From an uncultured virus (IMG/VR IMGVR_UViG_3300031963_000026) (taxonomy: Duplodnaviria > Heunggongvirae > Uroviricota > Caudoviricetes), in the IMG/VR virus record IMGVR_UViG_3300031963_000026, positions 1 to 64,000 of that record: a stretch of 64,000 nt of DNA; one strand, 5' to 3'. A program made the position numbers and the translations under genes. A model generated the notes under the pieces. The model made no database searches. It was not told the DNA's origin and was given only the letters and a program-made list of their open reading frames with translations. Shown here in pieces: positions 9,786-18,199 of this stretch (the stretch's first letter is position 1; each line of letters begins with the position of its first letter).

Positions 9786-10028
9786 TTAAACAGTCTTACC
9801 CATTTTATTTCGTTCATACCATACCCACAGACTATCTCTCCAAGGTGTGTCATTCATGCCCCATTTTTGAGCATCAATTCTCATATCTTCTGGTAATTCC
9901 CAAAATAATTGTTCCATTTCTTCTTGGTTTAAATTTACTTTACCATTATCCCAAGTTACATCCAATATAACATCGTGGAAATGTGCCCAATCATTTTTGT
10001 CAAAGTTGTAATCTTCTATTTTATTCAT
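9786..10028 (-). CDS. Hypothetical protein (cassette-like)
   Basis: ORF bounded by 14-bp inverted repeats. Confidence 0.75.
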   Translation of the reverse strand: MNKIEDYNFDKNDWAHFHDVILDVTWDNGKVNLNQEEMEQLFWELPEDMRIDAQKWGMNDTPWRDSLWVWYERNKMGKTV

Positions 10029-10041
10029 AATAATTAACTGG

Positions 10042-10133
10042 TTATAACAAAGTATATGTGAAATACCTCATAAGGTTTCTACTAATTATTTAGGTTTGTC
10101 GTCAGGTACTTCACATATACCCAACCGTTAGTG
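10042..10133 (-). mobile_element. attC-like recombination site (CACTAAC, 17-bp inverted repeat, GTTATAA)
   Basis: Core-like ends and GTATATGTGAAGTACCT/AGGTATTTCACATATAC inner arms between two ORFs. Confidence 0.5.
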
Positions 10134-10141
10134 ATAATGAT

Positions 10142-10441
10142 TTATTTTAGTCTCTCAAAATATATTGTTTGTGTTGGACCACCTACATATGTTTCTAAAC
10201 GAAAAACAAAATTATCATCGTCAATTTTTGAAAGTTTCATTTCTTCGTGTCCAGAGCCTAAATTAAACTTTTTAAGTTTTTGTAATAATTTTCTTTCTTC
10301 TCCTTGTTTCAAAAATTTTCCTTTAATTTTGATTTTCTCATCTCTATATTCCGCAGAAAATAAATCACTATCACTAACATCAGATATATTCAAGTTTTCA
10401 TTGAACTCTCCGAAACTTTTTATGTGTTTTTTATCTTTCAT
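10142..10441 (-). CDS. Hypothetical protein (KHIKSFGEFNE N-terminus)
   Basis: ORF. Confidence 0.75.
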   Translation of the reverse strand: MKDKKHIKSFGEFNENLNISDVSDSDLFSAEYRDEKIKIKGKFLKQGEERKLLQKLKKFNLGSGHEEMKLSKIDDDNFVFRLETYVGGPTQTIYFERLK

Positions 10442-10532
10442 ATTCGTTTATTAAGTTTAGTGTTTTCATAATCTTGTTATTTTCTTTAACAATACAAAGA
10501 TACTAGAAAAATTCTAACCTACAAACTTTTTT

Positions 10533-11540
10533 TTAGATAATTTCCATACTCTCAGAAAATAAGATTTGTTCCACCATCGGACAATTATTACGAATAATAA
10601 TGTTAAACCATTCCTTGAACTTCCCCTTATCTTTGAAGTCAAAGGTAATTCCATCATAATTAAGTTTGAAAACTCCAACCTTTTCTAAAACATCAACCTT
10701 ATTCACAACCATATTTGTAACCCCATTTATGTTTGCCGCTTTGATAATCATATCCATATCGGTCCAAGCAATCTGTCTTGGTCTTCCCGTTGTGGAACCA
10801 AACTCATTCCCCACTTCCCGGATTTGATTAAACACATCATCGGGTTGTTCAAAGGTCTTAGCACCAACATAAGTGTTATACGCCTTACATACACCATAAA
10901 CCTTTCTAATCTTTTGTGGCGGAACTCCGTTCAATACCGCAGAACCAATCGTACAATGTGATGATGTTACATATGGATAATCACCCCAATCAATATCCAA
11001 TTCAAAACCTTGTGCCCCCTCAAATAATATCCGAACATCAAAATCATTCTTGTGAAATACATTATAGATATCACATACATAATTCCGAATCTCTTCAACA
11101 TCCTCAGCTCTAATACCCTGACGATAATACTTGTCACGATATGCAGGACCATTACCTGTTTTGGTTGTTCCAATCTTTGAATCCTTGGAATCCTCGGCAA
11201 TGTGATCATCGGTAATAATATGAACCCTCTTGTCAATGAATAAGTATTCCCTAACACGAATACCCTTACTCTCCAAATCCTTAATCTCACTCATAAGTGA
11301 ATTGATATTCACAACACACCCAGGCCCAATGATGGATATCAAACCATTAACAATCCCCGATGGTATGTAATGAGTAACAATCTTCATATCACCAACATAA
11401 ATGGTGTGACCAGCGTTTCCACCACCATTATAACGAACAACGTGTGTATATTCACCACTTTGAGTTAAATAATTACAAACCTTACCTTTTCCAGTATCAC
11501 CCGCTTGTAAATCAACTATTACATCTGCAAATTCTAACAT
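10533..11540 (-). CDS. purA: Adenylosuccinate synthetase (short form)
   Basis: GDTGKGK, GGGNAGHT, FEGAQG, YPYVTSS, EFGSTTGRPR, NKVD motifs. Confidence 0.92.
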   Translation of the reverse strand: MLEFADVIVDLQAGDTGKGKVCNYLTQSGEYTHVVRYNGGGNAGHTIYVGDMKIVTHYIPSGIVNGLISIIGPGCVVNINSLMSEIKDLESKGIRVREYLFIDKRVHIITDDHIAEDSKDSKIGTTKTGNGPAYRDKYYRQGIRAEDVEEIRNYVCDIYNVFHKNDFDVRILFEGAQGFELDIDWGDYPYVTSSHCTIGSAVLNGVPPQKIRKVYGVCKAYNTYVGAKTFEQPDDVFNQIREVGNEFGSTTGRPRQIAWTDMDMIIKAANINGVTNMVVNKVDVLEKVGVFKLNYDGITFDFKDKGKFKEWFNIIIRNNCPMVEQILFSESMEII

Positions 11541-11549
11541 AATCTTAAA

Positions 11550-11804
11550 TTAAATTTTATCCAAACACCAAATCGGTGTCTTTTCACCAACATATGAACC
11601 CTGAACATTGAATGAAAAATACTCAATAGCATCTTCTTCACTCATATCACGACATAAAATTGTAATACATTTACTGATTGAATAGATTAGTCTCATACTT
11701 GACTCATCTAACCCTATGATGGCATCATCAAAACCATCCGCCTTCAAAAATAACTCATCCTCATAATTCATGAATAAGTACTCCAAAAAATTTGTTTGTT
11801 CCAT
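11550..11804 (-). CDS. Conserved phage hypothetical protein
   Basis: ADGFDDAIIG...EYFSFNVQGSYVGEKTP. Confidence 0.75.
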   Translation of the reverse strand: MEQTNFLEYLFMNYEDELFLKADGFDDAIIGLDESSMRLIYSISKCITILCRDMSEEDAIEYFSFNVQGSYVGEKTPIWCLDKI

Positions 11805-11859
11805 AATTCTTAATCAAGAATAAGAAACAAAATTCATAAAAACAACTAAATGATTATTC

Positions 11860-12192
11860 TTATAATGGAAAGGTTTCGCCAACAAATTGGTTAGGAACAG
11901 GAATGGTTTGAATGGTGTTTATACCCTCAATTTGAAAGGTTTCACCAACCCATCTACCCATAAGTGATTCTAACATAGATAGTTCCATAGGAAGGTATCG
12001 AAGAATATTTTCACTAATACCACGATAGATAAATAAGTCTTTATTTTTCAAACCCAAATGACCATCTCCTTCAGGATCTATTAACCAAATAATCCCAAAT
12101 ATATCTTTTCTCCATTCATATTTCTTAAACTGAGTTTCCATGAATTTTTTGAATATTGGATATAACTTTTCTTCTGTTACCTTGACTTTCAT
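11860..12192 (-). CDS. Tandem paralogue 1 (MKVKVTEEKLYP family)
   Basis: Start reassigned by alignment with copies 2 and 3; TATTTAT upstream. Confidence 0.85.
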   Translation of the reverse strand: MKVKVTEEKLYPIFKKFMETQFKKYEWRKDIFGIIWLIDPEGDGHLGLKNKDLFIYRGISENILRYLPMELSMLESLMGRWVGETFQIEGINTIQTIPVPNQFVGETFPL

Positions 12193-12650
12193 AATGATAA
12201 ATATCCTTATAATGGAAAGGTGTCTCCAACACTCAACGGTGATGGTCAAGTCATCACCTGGACGATTAACCCCTCAATTTGAAAGGTCTCTCCAACCCAT
12301 CTACTCATAAGTGATTCTAACATAGATTGTTCCATAGGAATGTAGCGAAGAATTCCTTCACTAATATCCACATAGACATGTAAATATCTACCTTCCACCA
12401 ATTCCATTTGACCATATCCTTCAGGATCCATAAAAAATATCCCACCATTATTTTTATCTCTTCTCCATTCATATCTCTTAAACTGAGTTTCCATAAATTT
12501 TTTGAATATTGGATATAACTTTTCTTCTGTTATTTTAACTTTCATAATGATAAATATTCTTATAATGGAAAGGTTTCACCAACCTAATGGTTTCAAAACG
12601 AATGGATTCATTTGGGGATTTAACACCTCAATTTGAAAGGTCTCTTCAAC
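11868..12650 (-). CRISPR. Three CRISPR-like mini-units (36-nt repeat, 30/30/31-nt spacer, 16-nt partial repeat) at 11868-11949, 12215-12296 and 12568-12650
   Basis: Repeat GTTGGTGAAACCTTTCAAATTGAGGGTATAAACACC; period 66/66/67; unrelated spacers; no cas gene recognised in the window. Confidence 0.45.
12246..12545 (-). CDS. Tandem paralogue 2; premature TGA inside the variable segment
   Basis: Frame continues to VGDTFPL* at 12207. Confidence 0.8.
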   Translation of the reverse strand: MKVKITEEKLYPIFKKFMETQFKRYEWRRDKNNGGIFFMDPEGYGQMELVEGRYLHVYVDISEGILRYIPMEQSMLESLMSRWVGETFQIEGLIVQVMT

Positions 12651-12896
12651 CCATCTACTCATAAGTGTTTGTAACATAGATTGTTGTATAGGAATGTAGC
12701 GAAGAATTTTATCTTTAATACCACGATATATCCATAATTTTTTGTTTTTTTCCAATTCCAAATGACCAAATCCTTCAGGATCTATATACCAAATGGAATC
12801 ATATTCATCTTTTCTCCATTCATATCCCTTAAACTGAGTTTCCATGAATTTTTTGAAAACTGGATATAACTTTTCTTCTGTTACTTTAACTTTCAT
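12576..12896 (-). CDS. Tandem paralogue 3; one extra nucleotide in the variable segment shifts the C-terminus
   Basis: Alignment with copy 1. Confidence 0.8.
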   Translation of the reverse strand: MKVKVTEEKLYPVFKKFMETQFKGYEWRKDEYDSIWYIDPEGFGHLELEKNKKLWIYRGIKDKILRYIPIQQSMLQTLMSRWVEETFQIEVLNPQMNPFVLKPLGW

Positions 12897-13675
12897 AACA
12901 TTTCATTAACTCTGTTTATAAAGTTATCTATCTTTTCGGTATATAAACTTCTAATTATAACCTCAACAATTTCTGATATATTAACATACATAGTATCATA
13001 TACCATAGATTCATCCTCATCTTCATCACCAATTATCGGATAGAATGATGAGTAATACTCATTTGTTATATCATCTGTAAGATCCAAAATAAACCTTTCA
13101 CTATCAAAATAAACAAGATTATCAAAAGGATTAGATCTTAACTCTTGAATCAAATCATTAAAGAAAATATCACTTTCCAAACGTTCATCCACATAATTAG
13201 TAAGTACTGACAATTTACGTAATATTTGTTGTTTAACACCTTCTTTTGTTGTAATGGATTCCATAATAGTTTCTGTTATTTCCGTATTTTTTTTGAATAT
13301 TGAGATCATCTCAACGGTATGAATTTTCTCAATCTTATAACCAACATCAGGTGGAAGTTGTTTGATTAACGATTTCCAAGCCCTTTCCGCCTCATCAGAC
13401 CTAAACGCCGATTGAATGATGATATTCGGCATTTTATCCAATAACTCCAACATCGCTTTCTTATATAAACCTCTACCCTTAAATTCTTCCTTTATTGTTG
13501 CCATAACAACCATATAATGTTTTTCATCAGGTGTTTCCAATGTCATATCACCAACCGCCTCACCATCACTCATAATGAACACCTCAATGAATCCATCCAA
13601 TCGTTCAATTTGAATTTCTTCATTTATTACACCCATAACCTTACGGATTCTACCTATCTCTTCATTTAATCTCAT
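12893..13675 (-). CDS. Leader plus GNAT-like acetyltransferase domain and second domain
   Basis: IKEEFKGRGLYKK acetyl-CoA-binding-like motif; SDEAERAWKSL. Confidence 0.55.
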   Translation of the reverse strand: MRLNEEIGRIRKVMGVINEEIQIERLDGFIEVFIMSDGEAVGDMTLETPDEKHYMVVMATIKEEFKGRGLYKKAMLELLDKMPNIIIQSAFRSDEAERAWKSLIKQLPPDVGYKIEKIHTVEMISIFKKNTEITETIMESITTKEGVKQQILRKLSVLTNYVDERLESDIFFNDLIQELRSNPFDNLVYFDSERFILDLTDDITNEYYSSFYPIIGDEDEDESMVYDTMYVNISEIVEVIIRSLYTEKIDNFINRVNEML

Positions 13676-13687
13676 AATATATAAATA

Positions 13688-13993
13688 TTACTCTTTGTTC
13701 TCATGTTTTTGTGTTCCAAAATAATATGAAAATATCATCAACACAAGTGTTTTTATTAAATCAAAAAGTTCTTTACTTTGACCTTCAGTTAATAAGTTAA
13801 TCTTGAATGCTATTATTTTATCAACAACATAAACACCCGTAAGTGCCGCAAATACCATAAGTATAAACCTAACCAAAACGTCTTTGGTACCGGTGGCAAA
13901 CAATTTGTATGTCCCATACATAAATCCACCAACAAGTAATAACGATAAAATTACCGCAAAAATCGTAATCCAAATATCACCTGAGCTATACAT
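13688..13993 (-). CDS. Small membrane protein (holin-like)
   Basis: Three hydrophobic segments; C-terminal SYYFGT. Confidence 0.6.
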   Translation of the reverse strand: MYSSGDIWITIFAVILSLLLVGGFMYGTYKLFATGTKDVLVRFILMVFAALTGVYVVDKIIAFKINLLTEGQSKELFDLIKTLVLMIFSYYFGTQKHENKE

Positions 13994-14020
13994 CTAAATA
14001 AATATTATTACATTTCAAAA

Positions 14021-14395
14021 ATGAAAGCAATCATAGCAGTTAATAACAAACAATACATCGGATTAAATAATAAATTACTTTGGAAAAGTAAGGAAGATCT
14101 TAAACACTTCAAACAACTAACCGAAGGTCAACGTTTATTGGTCGGTTATAACACCTTCACAGAATTACCTCCATTGAAAAATAGAACTCTTATCATAGAT
14201 CAACGGAACGAGTTTTTATCTGCCGATTGGTGTATCGGTGGAAAAAAAACCTATGAAAAGTATTGTCATCTATTCACAGAACTACACATATCAAAAATAG
14301 ATAATGATGACATCGGTGATACCGAATATCCGAACCTTGAAAATCTAAATCCCGAGTGTAAGGTCTTCACTTATTACTTCTCAACAACAGATTAA
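14021..14395 (+). CDS. folA: Dihydrofolate reductase (compact)
   Basis: IIAV..IGLNNKLLW..EDLKHFKQLT, GYNTF, PLKNR, IGG, GDT motifs. Confidence 0.88.
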   Translation: MKAIIAVNNKQYIGLNNKLLWKSKEDLKHFKQLTEGQRLLVGYNTFTELPPLKNRTLIIDQRNEFLSADWCIGGKKTYEKYCHLFTELHISKIDNDDIGDTEYPNLENLNPECKVFTYYFSTTD

Positions 14396-14887
14396 CGTGA
14401 TCTTGCCGTCAGTTAAGTAAGGTCTAATATCACCTTCCATAAAACCAATGTTAACATATTCTGAAGGTCTTTCAAACTCATCATAACATTCAACTGAACA
14501 ATCACCACTATTCATAATGATCTTGTTAATAATAAACGGATCAATATCCATTTTATGGTTAATCGTCTCAGGTTTGGTATAATACCCAATCTGATCATCA
14601 ATACCAATCACCTTATAATAACGATTGATATCAATTTCCATATCCCCACAATCCTCAGAACAATCATAAGGATATTGTGTAACTTTATACGGATTCAGAT
14701 TTGTTAATTTCTTAGCAACTGATTTACCATCCGTCATAATATCACCAACTTTCAAATTCTTTTCACGAATCCCTAAAAATAACCTCGGCTTACATTGACA
14801 GTTTTCACCCAATTCATCACACCATAAACATTCACCATTGTGATCCATTTTTGGTGATACCGAAAATAATTTTGCGTTTTTCTTCAT
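14381..14887 (-). CDS. Hypothetical protein, Cys-rich N-terminus
   Basis: ORF; CLWC..CQC. Confidence 0.7.
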   Translation of the reverse strand: MKKNAKLFSVSPKMDHNGECLWCDELGENCQCKPRLFLGIREKNLKVGDIMTDGKSVAKKLTNLNPYKVTQYPYDCSEDCGDMEIDINRYYKVIGIDDQIGYYTKPETINHKMDIDPFIINKIIMNSGDCSVECYDEFERPSEYVNIGFMEGDIRPYLTDGKITLICC

Positions 14888-15156
14888 AATTTCTTTTTTA
14901 ATGTCTCTAATAGATCAATATCGATCTTTTCACCCAATAAAAATCTCATACACTTTTCAACTAACTTCTGCTCAGGTGATATATCATTCCTACTAGCCAA
15001 ATATGTTACGTGTTTAACTTCCGTATCATTAAAATAAATATCAATACCATCAAACAACTTTTTTAACTCCTCAAATCTCTCCCCCTCAAATACTTTGTAG
15101 TCGGTTACAAAAACCACATAAGCATAATCCAATTTAATCTTATTAAGCAATAACAT
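14884..15156 (-). CDS. Hypothetical protein
   Basis: ORF with ATGA overlap. Confidence 0.7.
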   Translation of the reverse strand: MLLLNKIKLDYAYVVFVTDYKVFEGERFEELKKLFDGIDIYFNDTEVKHVTYLASRNDISPEQKLVEKCMRFLLGEKIDIDLLETLKKKL

Positions 15157-15173
15157 AACCCATCACTTTAAGA

Positions 15174-15422
15174 TTACACCCAATCATAAACAACAACAAT
15201 ATCTTCTGATAAAATTCCAGCATAAGCACCAAATCCCTTAACATATTGCCTATTTTGCTCCCTTAAATCCCAATCATTCAACATATGTTTGTGACTCAAT
15301 GTTAAATAAATAAAAGCCAATTTACCTATGTTATTAATTTTATAATCATAGATAAAATTTTCAGGTTCTTTGATGTAATACCTATCTAAAACCATATTCA
15401 AAATGTAAATTAATTTTTCCAT
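15174..15422 (-). CDS. Hypothetical protein
   Basis: ORF; start MEKL just downstream of a TACATTTG promoter box. Confidence 0.65.
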   Translation of the reverse strand: MEKLIYILNMVLDRYYIKEPENFIYDYKINNIGKLAFIYLTLSHKHMLNDWDLREQNRQYVKGFGAYAGILSEDIVVVYDWV

Positions 15423-15482
15423 CAGAGCAAATGTAGTGAATTTTTTTTGTAATACCAAATGTTTTCTACTATATTTATTGAC

Positions 15483-15899
15483 ATGACAACAATAGAACTA
15501 GCAAACAAATTTATATCTAAAAAATTAAAAGGTCTAACAATTAAGGATATCACTTATGAAACCGATATTAAAGACAACCCCACGTACGGTGTTGCGTTTA
15601 TTGAAATATCTAAAGACTATTTAATGTCTCACTCAACTCCGATAGATAGAGACACATATAAAGATATGAAAAGTAAGGAATATTTCCCTTGGAGTGATCC
15701 TCCACCAAACCCTAATTATCCTGATATAAGGGTTTTGAAAGATTTTGCCGATTCTATTGATGAGAAAACTTTCGATACAATTTATACTTATATAGTTGAG
15801 TCACATTATATAATAACCGAATTACATTTTAAACATTTATCAATACGTTTTGGTCCTTACGAAGGTTTTTTTGACGAACCTTTTGAATACTTCCGATAA
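15483..15899 (+). CDS. Hypothetical protein
   Basis: ORF; TATTTAT immediately upstream of ATG 15483. Confidence 0.7.
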   Translation: MTTIELANKFISKKLKGLTIKDITYETDIKDNPTYGVAFIEISKDYLMSHSTPIDRDTYKDMKSKEYFPWSDPPPNPNYPDIRVLKDFADSIDEKTFDTIYTYIVESHYIITELHFKHLSIRFGPYEGFFDEPFEYFR

Positions 15900-15901
15900 A
15901 A

Positions 15902-17005
15902 TTAAATCAATTTACTTCTTAAGTAGTTTTTCTCATCTTCATTCAATGTATCCAAAAATCTATTAACTTGTCCCAATCTTCTAATTCTAAGATCATCACC
16001 CGCAAAATCACTATCACCATAGTCAGTGTCCGCGGCTTCAAAATATTCTTCATACAAATATTCACTCACAATAATCCCACCCATATCGTCTATCATATCT
16101 TTACTTGTTGCAAACATCGTTCTATACCAAGAATCTGTAAAATACGTTTGCCCATGTTTTTCATATGTTACATCAAATTTATACAATTCAGGAAAAACAA
16201 CATCATCTACTTTAGTTTCTTTGGTAATTTCATTATTAGAAAATATGTCAAATATATAAACCAATAACTCCATAGCACTAACTTTATCATTACCGAATTT
16301 ACCACCAACAAAGAGATCCATTTCGTGATAATATTTGTCGTATATCGTTTCAACCGCATCAGTATAATCTAAATTATCACCATACTTTACAACAAAATAT
16401 TTACATAATTTAAGTAATTCTTCTTTTGACATATCGGTGATATCTGCAGACTCAGTTAATATACGTTTAGTTTTGGGTTTTGATTCATTAATAGGTCCTT
16501 CAATTGTAAAATCTGTATAATCCCAATCATTAAATTCCTTATCGTCAGTATCGTAGTCGTACATTTCCATCTCATCCCAAATAAAAGTACCACCCTCATC
16601 ATACCATGATACTATGTCACGAGCATCTTCCTCAGTTACCGCATGAACCACTCCTTTGTGGAATTCTGTCTTCCATTCCATTACTTTTGATTTTCCATAA
16701 ACATTGATCTTATTTAACGGAAGGAATATAAAATCTTTCTTTTCAAAATTATCACTTGCAATTATTTCCATATTAACCAAAAGTGTTGATCGGATCCAAG
16801 CTGCTAACTCAAACTCACTAACACCCCTAAGTTGTTCTTTAGTTACCCCCACATAACTCAAATCGTTTTCAAATACTGAATAAAAATCTTCCAAGTCAGA
16901 ATCGTGAACAAATTCATAATCCTTCAAATCAGGAGACATCTTAGTTAAAATCGCAATAATCGTAAACATGTAGTTACGATCTATTTTTTCTAAAATATTA
17001 GCCAT
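15902..17005 (-). CDS. Acidic protein with two similar halves separated by an INE/ILTE linker
   Basis: Parallel motifs ELAAWI/ELLVYI and YDTDDKEF/TDYGDSDF. Confidence 0.75.
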   Translation of the reverse strand: MANILEKIDRNYMFTIIAILTKMSPDLKDYEFVHDSDLEDFYSVFENDLSYVGVTKEQLRGVSEFELAAWIRSTLLVNMEIIASDNFEKKDFIFLPLNKINVYGKSKVMEWKTEFHKGVVHAVTEEDARDIVSWYDEGGTFIWDEMEMYDYDTDDKEFNDWDYTDFTIEGPINESKPKTKRILTESADITDMSKEELLKLCKYFVVKYGDNLDYTDAVETIYDKYYHEMDLFVGGKFGNDKVSAMELLVYIFDIFSNNEITKETKVDDVVFPELYKFDVTYEKHGQTYFTDSWYRTMFATSKDMIDDMGGIIVSEYLYEEYFEAADTDYGDSDFAGDDLRIRRLGQVNRFLDTLNEDEKNYLRSKLI

Positions 17006-17059
17006 ATTTAATAAATACCTATTGAATTATAAATATCAATATGTTACTATTATTTAACT

Positions 17060-17254
17060 ATGGAAAAACAACACATTTTATACGATTGGATCTTTTGGTG
17101 TAACACTTATGAAGACAACACCTGGTACGGAATTAAGAAAAACGATATCTCCAAATTTTTTATGGGTGGTGATATTATAAAAGAAGTAGAACACTTCACA
17201 GGTAAAACAATGAAGGAAGTAGTTTCAAAAGCATTGAACACTTATCTTGTTTGA
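17060..17254 (+). CDS. Hypothetical protein
   Basis: ORF. Confidence 0.65.
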   Translation: MEKQHILYDWIFWCNTYEDNTWYGIKKNDISKFFMGGDIIKEVEHFTGKTMKEVVSKALNTYLV

Positions 17255-17278
17255 TATATTTATAAGATAAAAGAAATC

Positions 17279-17617
17279 ATGATCAACGAAACACATAAGA
17301 GAATATTAAAGATGATGGGTGTTACATTAACTGAACAAGTTAATCAAGAAAATCAACCATTAACACCATTACAAAAAATAGAATCTCTATTGAATGATGA
17401 AGGTTTAACTGAGAAATTATCCTACCTATTGGAATCTTTCAATGTTGAAACAAAAGAAGAGTTCTTGGAATCGTTATCCAAGAGCGTTAATAAAACTTTG
17501 ATTATGAGATTAATGAACACCTCAAGACAGAAATACGATACCGATAAAGATGATCTTTACAAACAAATTATTGAAATCTTATCTGAGGTGCTCAAAACAT
17601 CTGATACCTTAAAATAA
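17279..17617 (+). CDS. Hypothetical protein with RILKMMGVTLTE leader
   Basis: ORF; TATTTAT upstream. Confidence 0.75.
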   Translation: MINETHKRILKMMGVTLTEQVNQENQPLTPLQKIESLLNDEGLTEKLSYLLESFNVETKEEFLESLSKSVNKTLIMRLMNTSRQKYDTDKDDLYKQIIEILSEVLKTSDTLK

Positions 17618-17626
17618 CAACCTATT

Positions 17627-17809
17627 TTATGGTTGATAGATCCTAACAACCTCACAAGATTTATACTTACAGATGTCTTTTTTAGCCCGTCTTTTAGTAT
17701 AATCTTTATTATCAAAAACGGATGCTTCGTTGATCGCAACAAACTCTTCTCTTTCATCCGACCAATACTCATTAGGGTTAACCAATGATCTTACAACATA
17801 ATACTTCAT
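17627..17809 (-). CDS. Hypothetical protein
   Basis: ORF with ATGA overlap. Confidence 0.6.
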   Translation of the reverse strand: MKYYVVRSLVNPNEYWSDEREEFVAINEASVFDNKDYTKRRAKKDICKYKSCEVVRIYQP

Positions 17810-18141
17810 ATCTTATTTTTATTTAAGTAGTTAGCCCAATCCTCAGCGCCATCATCATCACGTCTTGATGCGTATTTTTTAGTTAATAGGTTATTCATAC
17901 GTTTCTCATGATCTACCTTGATCCAATTATTCGGTATATCATTCTTAACGTCAGATAATTCAACCCTATGTTCAACATAATGCGTGATATAAACAACTCC
18001 GTCTTTATCACTAATAACCATATTCGGTTTCATTCCAACATATGGTATATATGTTTTTCCATCATAAACCATATTTTGGATCATTACCTCGGAATCACCA
18101 TTCAAAGATTCCAACTTTTCCCTTAATTCAGATACTTTCAT
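17806..18141 (-). CDS. Hypothetical protein
   Basis: MKVSELREKL phage-type N-terminus. Confidence 0.7.
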   Translation of the reverse strand: MKVSELREKLESLNGDSEVMIQNMVYDGKTYIPYVGMKPNMVISDKDGVVYITHYVEHRVELSDVKNDIPNNWIKVDHEKRMNNLLTKKYASRRDDDGAEDWANYLNKNKI

Positions 18142-18199
18142 CAGTTTTTTATTTAATAATACGAATTACTTATCACAATGTCAATTAACTCATAAAGAA

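Larger units (their letters stand above)
9662..10525. repeat. Direct repeats of about 62 bp (9662-9724 and 10464-10525) flanking a two-gene insert
   Basis: Identical except for one T in a homopolymer. Confidence 0.9.

Noticed and set aside
10533..11540. PurZ (2-aminoadenine DNA pathway)
   Set aside because: The catalytic Asp is retained (GDTGKG, not GSTGKG), and the EFGSTTGR and NKVD motifs are PurA-type
12207..12248. Stop-codon reassignment suggested by the in-frame TGA
   Set aside because: Long genes translate intact in the standard code and many end in TGA or TAG; this TGA lies in the variable spacer
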